Part shown: positions 41,438 through 55,614 of the stretch, one piece after another
Numbering within the stretch: the stretch's first letter is position 1
Layout of the letters: every line of letters starts with the position of its first letter
DNA from: Eledone cirrhosa
Taxonomy: Eukaryota
Assembly: GCA_964016885.1 (NCBI GenBank)
Contig: OZ024743.1
Span: 231,260,001 to 231,324,000, forward strand
Length of the DNA: 64,000 bases
Direction of reading: 5' to 3'
Notes under the pieces: model-generated
The model's database searches: none
The model's input: the letters and a program-made list of their open reading frames with translations, nothing else
What the model was told of the DNA's origin: nothing
Translations under genes and position numbers: made by a program

Positions 41438-41625
41438 AAATCAGAGGAGTGAAGAATAGATGAATGGATGATGACAATGACGATGGTGATGAATCGGGTG
41501 ATAACAATGATGATAATGATATTGAAGAAGGGAAATAGAAGTAAATTTATGAAAAGAAAGATTAATACAGACATGTATAACACACACACACATCCAAACA
41601 CACACACACACATATATATATATGC

Positions 41626-41703
<78 letters not shown>

Positions 41704-41779
41704 TATATGTATATATATATATGAGTGTATATGTGTATATATATATATGCGTGTGTGTATGTGTGTGTGTATGCATATG

Positions 41780-41811
<32 letters not shown>

Positions 41812-43478
41812 ACAATAAAGAGAAAATACAGAGAAACTGCTAGAGAGAGAGGGTGTCTGTGTAAGCAAATATTTCAAGAAGAAAGGAACCTATTTGTAAA
41901 GCGGGAGAGAATTACTACAATGAGGAATATAATGAATTAAGTAAAATGTTTGAATGACAGTAAAGGCATTTCAAAAGACTGAATCTTAAGTTTAGATTTA
42001 GCTAAATACCCTAACAAGAAAATTATAATCTAAACTATAATAAAGTAAGGAGTGCGGGACTGCATCCAGAATATATTTTTTTATCCATTTCTAAAATAAG
42101 TTGTATTACTTTGAATAAATAATTGTTTCTACTTTAGGCACAAGGCCAGCAATTACCCAGTGCATTACTAGTACTTTTATTTTATTTGAATAAATAATGA
42201 ATGAATATTACATAATTTTTCTACTAAATTTCGTGGTGGTTCATTAACTATATTTTATTACTTATTTAAAGATCCACTTCTTTAAAATTTTCAAATGTCA
42301 ACATTTCCGTTTAGCGATCGCTTATATAAACATTCATATATTTCCGCTACTAATTTTCTCCTAATGAAGTTTATATATAATATCGTCTTTTTATAATGTA
42401 CCGTGGATTACGTTGCTGTTTACATAAGAGAATGTAACACAGTCTTCGTTCAATTTCTGTGCACATTGTCAATTACGATTGTATTTGATGTATCATATCT
42501 ACATGCATATATACTTGCGTATAATATCAATATGCACACTACACATGCTGCAAGAAAACCACCCGAAGGGTGGTTTTTCTGCTAGTTCATTCTGCTTTGT
42601 AAACATAATTGTGCCCCAAATGTTTATCAACAGAATCAGAAGTTAGACTGTCGCACGCGGGCCACACAATAATATAGTGTAACATAATTTCATATATTCG
42701 TGTGTGTATGTAAATGGTTATGTCTTTGCGTGAGTGTGTGTGTGTGTGTGTGCGCACGTGTATAATTGTTGCATCTATGGGTAGCGCTTTCATGAAACCT
42801 AGTCTGCGTTTCAAAATAATCGTACTGGATTCGATTAGGGAAGCTCTAGAGAAATGGCTGGCAGATCCTAACATTATATTATTAAATCATTTCAAAATAT
42901 AAATGACAAAAAAATTGCTAATTGAAATGAACGTCAAAAGCGTCGAAGTGTGATTCCTGTTAAATATTTCTCCCAATGGCCCCTTCCATGTAGTGTTATT
43001 TTAAGCAACAATTTCATCTACAGACTAATCTACGAAAATTGATTTTATATTTTTTTCATTTTATTTCCAGTTGTTGCTCTGGGAAAAATCTTGTAGATAT
43101 TTATCCCTCAAATACTATATTAATTGTTTAGGAATGGAGATGGAGAAATGTGATAAAACGAATCATTTGGGAGTATAGCACACTTTCCTATAGCACGGTT
43201 TACCAATATTTTGAACCAAATGAATGTTTGGTTCCATGAATCAGAATAATTTAAATGTATCACACTGAAGAGCAAAAATAAATATGCAGACGTTCATATA
43301 GGAACACAAATTTACGTATACATTTATACATTTATACTTAAATGCATAAACATATATATCTATGTATGAGTGTGTGTATGTGTATCTGTGTGTGTGTGTG
43401 TGTGTGTGTATGTGTGTGTGTGTGTCTGTGTGTGTGTGTGTGTGTCTGTTTGTGTGTGTGTGTGTGTGTGTGGGTGTA

Positions 43479-44479
43479 TCATAATCTATAAAGCTCAGTG
43501 CGTGGTCATGCTCCTTCGTTATAGAAATCTACGATATAGAATTTCTTCAATTGAAATTTACAATTCAGTATTCGAAATAGTTTCGATTGCGTCTTGACGC
43601 AGATAATCTTTTCAATTTCACCCACAATTACGCAAAAAATAGATAAAACTCAATATTTTACAATTTTTCTCTCTCATTTAAACTGCTGAACTCTTTCTAC
43701 TACCATTCAAAATCTATACAACTTCATACTTTCTGCCACTTTCTCTTTCCAAGATTGATGGTGATACTGTCCGTTCACACCACTCCCTACTGTCTTAAAT
43801 TTAGAAAGCACATATCCTCTATGAGGTTACTAAACCTACTAGAAACAGCAGCTAACTCTCCCCCATATCACACCCCTCCCCACACCACTCCCTACTGTCT
43901 TAAATTTAGAAAACACATATCCTCTATGAGGTTACTAAACCTGCTAGAAACAGCAGCTAACTCTCCCCCATATCACACCCCTCCCTACTGTCTTAAATTT
44001 AGAAAACATAACTTCTATGAGGTCACTAAACCTGCTAGAAACAGCAGCTAACTCTCCCCCATATCACACCACTCCCTACTGTCTTAAATTTAGAAAACAC
44101 ATATCCTCTATGAGGTCACTAAACCTGCTAGAAGCAACAGCTAACTCTCCCTCATATCACAACCCTCCCTACTGTCTTAAATTTAGAAAACACAGACAAC
44201 CATGCAGAACAACTCCATCGCAGCTCTGTTGTTCGGCTGGCATCGTCTACGCGCGTGTTGCGCAAGTACTGTGAAACAATAAATTTCAACACTTTTTTGC
44301 ACAGAGATAATATCCATAGGCGAAACTACAATTGTCACTGCTGGCGCAGCTCATGCTTCCAGGTCTGCAATTCATTCACCCAGTGCCTGGCAGACAAAAA
44401 AAGTGCTGCCATAAAATGGGTGGTGCAACCTAACTTTGGTAACTTAATGACCCCGAGCAACGCCGGGCTTTAATGCTAG
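43479..44479 (+). mobile_element. Non-autonomous Helitron with 93-bp minisatellite (~4.4 copies)
   Basis: A|TC ... cccgagcaacgccggg ... CTAG|T. Confidence 0.85.
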
Positions 44480-45538
44480 TTATATATAAACAGACAAAAC
44501 TGTATGTTTATTCTTTCTGCACGATCACTACGAATATATCTAGATTTGCTCCCACTGTTTAGTTTCTTCTTCTCAGGTGTGTCTTGGCATCTTCGTCTTA
44601 CAGAGAGAAACTGTAGATTTGTGGAACCTACAATAAATGTTAAGTATAACAAATACTGATTTTAATCTGTCCTGTATAAGATTATTTGTTCGTTGGAAGT
44701 AACATTACTAAATCCCTGAGACGGCGTGTGTATAGATAATTTGATAGTATTACATTCAGGATTACTCAATGAATATAATATGTGTGTCTATGTACGCGCA
44801 CGCAGGACGAACCGAAGAACAATTGGACTGCTTTATGAAGAATATTTAGTTGTGTTCATTTAGGAGACAAGTTTCTGAAAACAGTGGTAATATATAAGCA
44901 ACTGCCAAACCGTTTAATTCTTTCCATATCAGTACATTTGGCTGGCAGCCTATGTAAATTATAATAAGTAAGGTTCTGAGATACGCATGAGTATTATGTG
45001 GTTCAGAAATAACTAAAAAGATAAGAAGCCTAACTTGCATGACCGTTGAAAGTAGTACATTATGGCAGATGCAGATAAAGAGTACATATTTCATCCTATT
45101 TTTATTTGTTATAACTGGAATATTACGGATAAGAACATATGTTGACTTTTATAGAAGATAGATTAACAGCGGTTGTTAAATATTTTAAACACATTCTCAT
45201 CGAAATTTTGTCGACATTGAAAAATGTCGTTGATTATGAAACTGTACAAACATGTTTCTAAACATGTTTCTAAAGAAATAATGATTCACATCCATCCTAT
45301 TGTCACTTGGTCCGTGTGTCCTGTTCGGCTCAATGAATGACCTTAGTAATCAAAATAGTCGATACAATTTGGCACTACTTTCGTCGTAACTTATTGTTTC
45401 CCTCAGGGAGATCTGGGGCGAAGCGAAGAATAGTGTTTTGCTCAAAGGAACAACGTATCTCTCTGTCCGGAAATCGAACTTACGACCTTAAAATAGAGCG
45501 CTCGACACCTAATTTCAAACCATTGATATTTATAAGGA

Positions 45539-45728
45539 GGGCGGTGGATTGGCAGTATCGGTAGAGGGTCGGACGCCATGCTTTAACGCAAAGAGTTACG
45601 GCCCTTGCCATTCTGAGTTCCAATCCCGCCGAGGTTAACTTTGCATTTCATCCTTACGGGGTCGATAAAATAAAGTACCAGTAATGTACTGGGTATTTGC
45701 TGGCCTTGTGCCAAAGTAGACACAATTA
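45539..45728 (+). mobile_element. Full-length tRNA-derived SINE (central domain resembles MetaSINE/Sauria-type)
   Basis: A box tggcagtatcgg, B box gagttccaatccc, tttcatccttacggggtcgataaa; ttataagga flanks both sides (TSD-like). Confidence 0.85.
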
Positions 45729-46272
45729 ATATTATAAGGATAATAAAATTGATGTGCAAGACACAGCACACAAATACATTGTGAACTTCTAATACAGAAG
45801 AAAAAACGCAAAACACATATGAAATCAATGAACATAGCCACTGCGTTCAGATGTGTACGGAAAAATGAGCATTTTCATCATGATTATGCTATCATATATT
45901 TTATTGCCAAATACCATTAAAAACCGATTAGAGCATGCATTGACACAGGTACATAGCCACCTTCCATTTATATTTTTAAAATATCTAATACGTGTAATCC
46001 ATGGATGTAACAACATGTCTGTATAGGTATATGTATGTGTATGTTTTTATTTACGTATCTGTGAAAACGTCGTTTTTAATTGTTCGATTACTGGCAGCAT
46101 GCTTTCTCCTTGACCAAGACATGTCATTTCAGGTAGCTAGAATCTACTCCGCTGAGAATAATATGTTATATTAACGATTACAATTTCTAGTCTGGTCATG
46201 TTGTATCTTCTTAGGAACTACGTGAGTGATATAGGTGTTTATGATATGTTCTGCTAATTGAAAGTAAATTTA

Positions 46273-46649
46273 GTTTGTACAAAGTTTTATATCACAGGAG
46301 TCAATAATAACACAATAGAAATATTTTACCACGTGTCGTGTTGGTGTAGTTGGTGAGTTGGTCTCGACTCCAAGACTGGATCGTATAAAGAAAAGGCAGG
46401 AGTCATCTCTAGGGAGAGAAGGCAGAAGTCATCTCTAGAGAGAAAAGGCAGAAGTCATCTCTAGAGAGAAAAGGCAGAACTCATCTCTTCATAGGCAGAA
46501 GTCAGCTCCAAAATTATGCGTGTTGTCTCTTCGCAAGTCGCCACCGGTGAGAGAAATATTTTTGGTGACGTCATTTGTGACATCAGAGCTATGTGCAGGT
46601 AACTCTGCATAGCTGTCTCCAAGCACACGACAGGTGCCGCTTCGCTACA
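46273..46649 (-). repeat. 3' LTR
   Basis: Starts TGTAG (minus) right after PPT ggagggctata (46650-46660); internal ~26-bp repeats aggcagaagtcatctctagagagaaa. Confidence 0.85.
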
Positions 46650-46844
46650 TATAGCCCTCCAGATGACCAATCGATGAAGAAGTAAACATATGTAGTGAGA
46701 AGCAAAGCAAAGATAGGTAATAATCAAAATAAATGTCTGCACAAGCCGCAAAACAAAAGGAAAGGGACGCAAAAATGTAACAACAGAAACATGCATACAT
46801 AGTTCGATGAAAAAAAAAAAAAAAAAAACACTCCAGTGGACAGT

Positions 46845-49600
46845 TCATATAATAACAGTTTGGAAGAGTTCTTTGGAACAGTGGACTCTTCGACCGGAAC
46901 GGATCGTGGTCTTGTATCTACGTGAGGGTGGGGCAGAAGGAGCAGGTGTGTGTGCGAAGGAGAAAGATGTGGGCATATGTGGATCAGGTATGTGAGCGTC
47001 TGTGTGTGCCCGTTTAAGTCTATCAACCGCAATGGTCTCTCTGGATCCTTTAATGTCTACTGTGAAATGTTTATCAGAACGAGCTAATACACGGCAGGGT
47101 CCAGAGTACGGTTTTGTGAGAGGTGGTCTAACAGCATCGTTTCTTACGAACACATGCGTCCACGAGGCAATATCCCTCGGGACTGCAGTTTTTACAGTTT
47201 GTTTTCTCGTATCCATCGGCGGCAGGTCCTGAAAATAAGAACGCAGACGGGATACGTAGGAAAGCAGATCTTGAGCAGCAAGATCGACAGGGGAAAGCGT
47301 TTGCCCAGGTAACGCTAGAGGAGCACCATACAATAATTCGGCCGAGGAGAACCCAAGGTCCACCTTTATTGATGACCGAATCCCGAACAACACAATAGGG
47401 AGGTACTCGCTCCAACGCGTAGAGTCAGGAGAATCCGTAGAGCGGCTTTTAATTGTCGGTTGAAATGCTCCACCATTCCGTTACATGCAGGATGATACGA
47501 AGTTGTTCGGATGCGTTTAGCACCCATGATCTTAACGTGTTTATGGATTATCAGTTTCTGGCAAGCGATGCAGGAACGGCACCAAGCAGTTATATCGCGC
47601 CTCATGTTTGGCCAGAAGAATCTGGCTGTTATGAGCTTTACCGTGGCAGAAGATCCTAGGTGGGAATGGCTGTGCAAAGCAGGAAACATAGTACGACGAT
47701 GGTTTAGCGGGACGAATGTTCTCGGTGAATCCAAGGAAACGTCGCAGAGAATGTGTCCGTCTGCGGTGGGCAATGGCAGGTATTTCAAATTACTCGTCGC
47801 AAATTCGGCTGATGTAATATCCAATGATTCCAGTGCAAAGTGGGATGACGCAATCGAACTGATCGGCAATCGAGACAGGGCGTCAGCCGCTGTGTTCAAT
47901 GAGCCTGGAATGTGTTGGATGTCGTTTGTGATTTGCGAGATAAAGTCGAGATGCCTTGTTACTCTGGGCGAGTACTTGTCGGACTTTTCCCTTAAAGCGA
48001 AGGTCAAAGGTTTATGGTCAGTATAGATTGTAAAACACCTTCCTTCGAGCATATGTGAAAATGTTTCACGGAAAGGTAGATGTCTAACAGCTCCCGGCCA
48101 AAGGTGCTGTAGCGAGTTTCTGCAGGTTTCAACTTCCTGGAGAAAAATTCCAATGGTTGTTGGTGATCGTCACTACTCTGTTGTAAGACTGCACCCACTG
48201 CAGTATCCGATGCATCAACACAAAGCGAAAGCTTGGCATTGGACACTGGATAGGCCAGCAAAAATGCACTAGCTAATGCTGATTTGGCTTTTTGAAAATC
48301 CTCAAGCTGAATCTGAGTCAAAGAGATTTCCTTGTTCTTCTTGCGGCAATTTTTTAGAATCTCAGTAAGAGAGAAGAGTAGATGAGCACAATGCGGAACA
48401 AAACGTATATATAAATTTATCAGTCCTAGGAATTGTCGCAACTGACGAAGTGAGGTCGGCGGAGACAAATCCTCTATAGCCTGAACTCGTTGAGGGAGGG
48501 GTCGAATACCCTCGGAGTCAACATAACATAAAAAGATTCAGTGATTCCGCACCGAAAACATATTTTGTGGGATTTATTTGAACACTGTAATCCTTGAGTC
48601 GACAAAACAAAAGATTCAAATGACGTATGTGTTCTTCTCTGGAGGAACTAGCAATAAGCAGATCATCAATATAAGTGTAGACTAAGTCTAAACCACGATT
48701 GACCTAATCCATGAACCGTTGGAAGGTGCTAGCAGCATTCCTAATTCCGAAAGGCATGGTAAGAAATTCGAATGATCCAAATAGAATCGTAATGGCCGTT
48801 TTCGGAATATCTTCTTTCTTGACAGGAATCTGATGATAAACTCGCACCGAATCGAGCTTTGAGTAAACTTTACAACCCTGCAACGATGATGCAAAGACTT
48901 GCAGGTGTGGAATAGGATATCTACCCAGGACAGTTATAGCATTTAACTTCCTATAATCCCCAGTCGGTCTCCAGTCGCCAGAAGTCTTGGGTATGATGTG
49001 CAACGGAAAGCCCAAGGGCTCGTAAACGGGCGCATTATGCCTAGCAGCTGTAGCATATGATCGAACTCGGACCGTGCTGCCTTCAATTTGTCCGCAGTCA
49101 AGCGAAGAGGACGGGAAAACACTGGAGCAGTAGCAGTGAAGAATAAATCTACGGTTGAGTGAGCCGGTTCGACAACTCCAAAATTTCCCTGAGTAAGCTG
49201 TGGGAAAGAATTCAACAATGCATGATAACATTCACAGCATTAGCGATGAAGAAGGTCGGGTTAACCGTTGGAAAATTAGCTTTCTGGCCACGAAGAGAAA
49301 AAACAGTAATGCTATCTACTAGGCATCGGTCACGGCTGAAAATCCGCTGCCAAGATCGGATATGGTAGGTCAGCAAAGGTAAAAATCCATTTGGATTGTC
49401 GTCGAAGATTTCTGAAATGCAGAGGAAGCGAGATTTGACCAAAAGTCCGTATCGGCGAATGATTGACAGCTTGTAGATTCATTGATGACTCAGGAGGAGT
49501 TTCTTTAACACAGTTCACCGGTCAAATGCTGCAGGAGGCTCCTTTATCTACGAGGAAAGAACTTCCGGACAGGAGGTCCTCAATAAAGCAGTGGCGGTTT
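46845..49600 (-). pseudogene. pol: Gypsy pol (protease, RT, RNase H, integrase), frameshifted
   Basis: FLVDKGAS protease-like site, [31 protein letters not shown] (~48657-48674), CVDASD, integrase HHCC, YHPACNGMVE, PYSGP. Confidence 0.93.
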
Positions 49601-49659
49601 GGGTGTGTAGCACAGAGCTCAGCTGCCGCCTTCAGTGATTCTGGTCTGCGTTTCTCGAA

Positions 49660-50428
49660 GTTGAATAATTACACGGTGGCCGGCAGTGTTTTGCTTTATC
49701 AGCGAAGGTGGCATGTTACCAGCACAAATATGAATTGCTGGCGGGCAAGCTGGCGTTACGGCGAGAAGTTGCGAAGGAACGCGACCGACTTCTTGGCCGC
49801 CTGGGAATTGGCCTACTCTCCTTACATAATTTCGCGACTTGACGCGTCAATGCGTCAATCGCCTTCAACATGACATCCTCGTGTGTCGAGACGGGCTGGT
49901 TCGGAAAAGTCGAAGAGGCGCAAGCGAGCGAGTCCGACGAGGTAGCTTTCCTCGAGAATTCCACAATTCGATCGGCAGACGCAGCGACCTACTTCACCGA
50001 GCTCGAGTCCACTATGGTAGCCAATATAATCTGGATATTGTTTGGCAAGCAAGAAAAAAAAGCTTTTTGATAAATGAACTATCCTCATCGGGCGATTCAC
50101 TGAGGTCCCGAATGTGGCGTAAACATTCGGACGGCGACCTGTCGCCTAAACACTCGTCCTCCAATAATGCACGAAGCCTGCTTTCAGCAGAACAGCAGTT
50201 TGTCCTTAATGTCTCCGTCCTCAATGAATCATAAGAAGTGCCAGTTGGCGGGTCCGTTATTAAATATTTCACCGTGGTGGCGAGCGGCGAACGTATACCA
50301 CTAATCAAAACATTGAGTTTATGCTCTGTTTTAATTCCATTTGCAGCAAAATATGCATCCAGTTGCGTAAACCAAAGCTTGGGATGACCGGAGAACGCAG
50401 GTAAATGAGGACTACTCATCATTAGCAT
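49660..50428 (-). pseudogene. gag: Gypsy gag, frameshifted
   Basis: LPAFSGHPKLWFTQLDAYF, LGDRSPSE, RSRSRS and a decayed Cys/His knuckle. Confidence 0.85.
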
Positions 50429-51143
50429 GTATCAGTTCCATATAAAAATACTAAATGATATCCAAGTAAAGAAATGCAGCGCATGTTAGATGTTTGGACA
50501 ACGGAAAAACAACACAAATTTCCCTCAACATCCATGAAGAAAGAAGAGAAAAAAAATCTGGTGAATTTGCAAAATCCGGAATCGACAAGTCACAAAATTT
50601 CAATATGTATTTTTCCTTTCCCTTCTTTTCTTTCTTTAAATTGGAGAGGGAGATGGCATCACATGTTGCGTCTCAGCCAATCAGATGGCTGCATTTCGGA
50701 GAAGAAAGACAATTCGTGGGAAAATTGGCGGACTAGTCAGCCATTGTGAATTTTTTTTTTTTTTTTTTCTGTTAAACGAACAATTTTCAATTTCGTTTTT
50801 TCGCATAGTTGCAAGAAATAAAGTATTAGTTTCGTCATCAATTTTTATATGTTGTATGTTTCTCTTGGGTAAATACTTTTTAAAAGAAAGAAATAATACA
50901 TTTGCTATGAAGGCTTCGTAGAGTCGAATGCTGTATCAGAAGGTTGCAATTTAGAAATGGATAATGTTCGAAGGTTGCGTTTAAAAAAATAATGTTGGAG
51001 TGTTCTAAAGGGCAAGGAAACGGTGCTCAAGATTTTTAAATAATTCAATGGGGTTACCCATATAGCAGAAGTCTCTAGAAGTTTTTAGAAGTTTTTAGAA
51101 TTTTCTAGAAGTTTTTAGAAGTTTTTAGAAGTCTGTGTAATCC

Positions 51144-51161
51144 ATCACGTCGGGGTCAGCA
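51144..51161 (-). promoter_or_regulatory. Primer binding site, tRNA-Trp
   Basis: Plus strand atcacgtcggggtcagca matches the tRNA-Trp 3' end ATCACGTCGGGGTCACCA at 17/18 positions. Confidence 0.85.
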
Positions 51162-51162
51162 C

Positions 51163-51570
51163 TTTAGATGACAGGTATTTGTGTATATATTACTTATACT
51201 AATATTAAAAAGAATAAGAATGGCTGGTGCTTGTTTGTACAAAGTTTTATATCACAGGAGTCAATAATAACACAATAGAAATATTTTACCACGTGTCGTG
51301 ATGGTGTAGTTGGTGACTTGGTCTCGACTCCAAGACTGGAGCGTAAAAAGAAGAGAGAGAGAAGGCAGGAGTCATATGTTCATAGGAAGGAGTCATCTCT
51401 AGAGAGAAAAGGCAGAAATCATCTCTTCATAGGCAGAAGTCAGCTCTAAAATTATGTGTGTTGTCTCTTTGCAAGTCGCCGCCGGAGAGAGAAATATTTT
51501 TGGTGACGTCAGTTTAAGACGTCAGAGCTATGTGCAGGTAACTCTCCATAGCTGTCCCCAAGCACACAGG
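51163..51570 (-). repeat. 5' LTR, truncated at its outer end
   Basis: Homologous to the 3' LTR from 51233; lacks its last ~15 bp. Confidence 0.8.
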
Positions 51571-52157
51571 TTATATTGCCAAATTAGGATTATCATCGTC
51601 GAAAACGAGGGAGTCAAGCACATTCGTGTATTTAACTATGTACATATACGTACAGATACGTACATATACGTACTCGTGTAGGTATATTTACGTATGGAGT
51701 AATGCAGGAGAATCTTTATTGAAACTCAGGAAGTTTTACTCTTTTTTAGACCTCGTTAAAGAAACATTTTTCATATTTGACACAGAACGACAGATAGAGC
51801 ATATATATTTGTTTCGAACATTAATAAGTAATAATAATTTAATCAGTATTTTCAATTTAAATAATAATATTGGTGTATTTCCTGAGTGTTCTTTCTTCGC
51901 GAGAATTATATTGATGTTCTGTTAGCATTCTAAAATATAAATTCCTAAATACCACACTAATGATCACACAAACGCGCACACACTAATTCCCACATGTACG
52001 CACATACATTATACAGTTGATTATATATATTTATATATATGTATATACATGTATATACATATATGCATTCATACATCCATACATGCATGTTACATATATG
52101 AATACATACATATATATATACACACGCACATACACACACGCGCACACGCACATACAC

Positions 52158-52268
<111 letters not shown>

Positions 52269-52289
52269 GTCGATTGACAAGATCCCAGA

Positions 52290-52505
52290 CTTTATTCGCT
52301 TAACGAGTGAGGTGGAGATCGTCAAATTGGACCGAGGTAACAAGTTTCCATTGGTCTTTCCAATTGCTAATACTATCTGTCGATCGCAATTCCAGGCAGA
52401 AGGAACGACGTGAAATAAAGTGTCTTGCTCAAGGACATATCGCATCGCACGGTCCGTGAATCGAACTCACTACATCATAATTGCGAATCCACTCAGCCAA
52501 GTGCC
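52290..52505 (-). mobile_element. tRNA-derived SINE (second family)
   Basis: tggctgagtgg A box, gagttcgattc B box, gtccttgagcaagacactttat. Confidence 0.7.
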
Positions 52506-55026
52506 TATATAAAGAGAGAGGGACATAGATAGATCATACACACATTCATCATACATAAATATTATCTGAAAATATATATACGTATACTTATCTATAGAGA
52601 CATACATACTTAAATGATATCACCTATTTATTCACCATAATTTCATGTAGTCTTCTTTTGCCAGGTTTTCGTGAGACAGTAAGCTTTAATATAGAGATTA
52701 ACAATTGTTTAATTGCCAAAAGTCTAAAATCGCTATTGCTTCTGTGAAAATGCAACCCGCAGCATTCTCTATGACTATTTATGTAATTATTTATTCATTT
52801 GTTTATTTCATTCTTCCTTTCTCCCCTTTTCTTCCTCTCTTTATCTCTATCTATCTATCTATGCACCTCTCTCATATCATACATATAATAAAACGTATCT
52901 GTATTATTAACACTTATTAATATAAAGTTAAATAGAGTAGAAGTAACAGTCATCTGCATAGTGAGCGCGTACACAATACTAGAACAAAAACAATATAAAA
53001 CAAGATATGACAATGTTTGTATTCACGTTCCCGAGTTAATGTGGAAAATATATTACTATCAATAGTGTGATAAGTGATATTAGCTTGTCCCATAATCTGT
53101 GTTGACAACACCAAGATTTCACTATCCAAACAGACAGCAGATTTAAACACGAAATCCTGATATTTTTCTGATACGAAATACAGACTGCCAACCTCTAAAA
53201 GCCCACACCAGGCTTAGCCTGAAAAACAATACCCCAAAACGAGGAGAAACGTGGTAAAATGGGGAGATTTTACATTATGAAAGATATACCCATTTTCACA
53301 GCAGAAGACATCTCTCACCCACCTCAAAGTGGATGTGAGATCTCCCCGTCGGACTTTGAAAGTTGACAGGTCTTGAAATAGGCGTGGTATTAATGTTACC
53401 AACCCAGGAAACAATAACACAGCCTTCAAAAGAAGTGAAAACATAGTAGAATATACCGACAGGGATATCAAAATTGCACTTATCCACTCAAAATCACCAA
53501 ACACATCATAATAATTTCAGTTTCCATGGGGACTGTGGGATCGATTCCACTAAAATTAAAAGGCAAACTTAGGCAATTAACCTTTGACGCATAAATCACT
53601 GTTTTAAAAATGTCTGTTTTCTGGATACTGCACATACACTAAGGAAATAAATGTTTCTCGAAAGGTCACGTTCAGACTAGATTAGCAGTTGAAGATCCAG
53701 TACTGATCATATTTCTTATACAAACCATTGATGATGGTGGTGATGATGACATTTATTTATTAGCCTGAAGTGTGTGCATATATACAATTTGTGTCTTTAA
53801 AATAACAGTTAAAATACTCGAGGGGCTCCATAAAAACCTTTACATCAAAATAAGGTAAGGAAGTTTTGACTTAGATATATGAAACTTAATAAAATATGAA
53901 ATAATATAAAATAATTATAAAGCAAAAAGAGATAATTAAAAGATAGAATATAAAAATTTTAGAATTAGCATTTTAGATTACGCTTCCAACATACAGTTGG
54001 TAAACAATTAGTTAAGCCGAGTAAGAACACCCCACATTACTACTCGCCCACGACATAATATATATATATTTAACAAGGGACCCATATTAGATTTAAGCAT
54101 TTTGTTGCTGGATTTATTGATAAGAGAACCTGTTCTGGAGACGAATTCTGATATATTTTGTCTGTGCCCTCTAGCAAAGATAAAGAGTTCTTTTTGTCAC
54201 AATGCAGTCACTGTGTCTTCGACTGTTTTCATCATGCCTTATGTTTCAACATTAAATGTCATACGAGCGACATTTTTTGCTCATGCGTTCCTTTTATTTG
54301 ATAGCTTTTTTGTCTGTGTGTAAAGGTGAAAGTTATGGTGTTGTCAATGCCGTTGTGATGGCTGTAAATTGGAAGAAATCGGTTGTGAACTGATTTAGCG
54401 AGGTAACGGTTTTGCCAAGTTTGCAATGACCAAGAAACGCCGTATTTCACTGCGGTGCATCTTCGATCACAAACGTTACCAGTACATCGATGTATACATA
54501 CATACACATATACACATAAAATGTTTTTGATGTCGAATAAAGAAACACTAAATAAAAACACACACTTGCAGTGCACGGTTTAGTGTGCGTGCTTTGCTGT
54601 CTCTTCTGTGGCTATTACTTTTATTCATGTAATTTTCATCTTCGAACATTAAATTTCAGATATAATTGGCTATACTTTCGAACATTTGATTCAATATATA
54701 TTATTGTTTAAAAATTGTCTATTCTTTTTTATAAGATATGTTAGATTACGTCGATGGTTCTGGACGTGAGCAGCAGTGGAGTTGATGCATTAAGATGTGT
54801 GCCTCTCTATGCTCAATAAAGTGCCAGACCTCGTCAGGCGCCTGAACGCGCCAAGGAATATGTACATACTTACACAGCCAATATATTCACTATATATATA
54901 TGTGTGTGTGTAATACTCGCATGCGTAATACTCTTTCACTTTCACTGTGTTTGATCATTAGACAGCGCCCATGCTGAGGTACTACTTTAAATATACATAT
55001 ATATATATATATATATGTGTGTATAT

Positions 55027-55078
<52 letters not shown>

Positions 55079-55614
55079 ATATATATACGTATATATATAG
55101 AGAGAATACGGATATAGTATGCGTATGTACATGATTTGTATGAATGTATTTATATAAGTATTAGTTCCTATATTTAAATGTATATTGTGTTCACTTCATT
55201 TTGTCATTGTTGTTAAGCAACAGAGATTATTTAGAGATAGGTGATGAGAGTGAGAGAATTTAAGAGAGGGTGAGAGTGATTGAAAGAACGAGCAAGATAG
55301 AGTGGTGTGGAGAATTTGAGAACGTAGTTTAAGCTGTCTGCGTGAAAATAAGACCGAGTATAAGAAATAATGACGTGGTAGTTTTAAATAATAGCACTTA
55401 ATGGATCTCATGGTGACAGTGTCGAATTTGTCTTTAAAAAATAGACGGGAAACATTTTAGAAATCCTGAAATAACTTTTCTTTGCATGTTACTATAATTT
55501 TATATAATGCTAAATGATAGAAAGAAATCATAAAATACAAAATATTTTTTTATGATAAAAACATGATTCGTTTGAAATGAAGTAAACTATGGTAAATATT
55601 AGTCAATTCTAATC

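Larger units (their letters stand above)
46273..51570 (-). mobile_element. Ty3/gypsy LTR retrotransposon, decayed
   Basis: LTR homology 46273-46649 / 51233-51570; gag-PR-RT-RH-IN order; PBS and PPT present. Confidence 0.95.

Noticed and set aside
51144-51161. tRNA-Trp gene
   Set aside because: Only the 3' 18 nt including a CCA-like end, adjacent to an LTR: a PBS. SINE heads are likewise not tRNA genes.
53160-54620. GC-richer patches as possible host exons
   Set aside because: No recognisable protein motif or convincing splice-bounded frame; RNA-seq would be needed.
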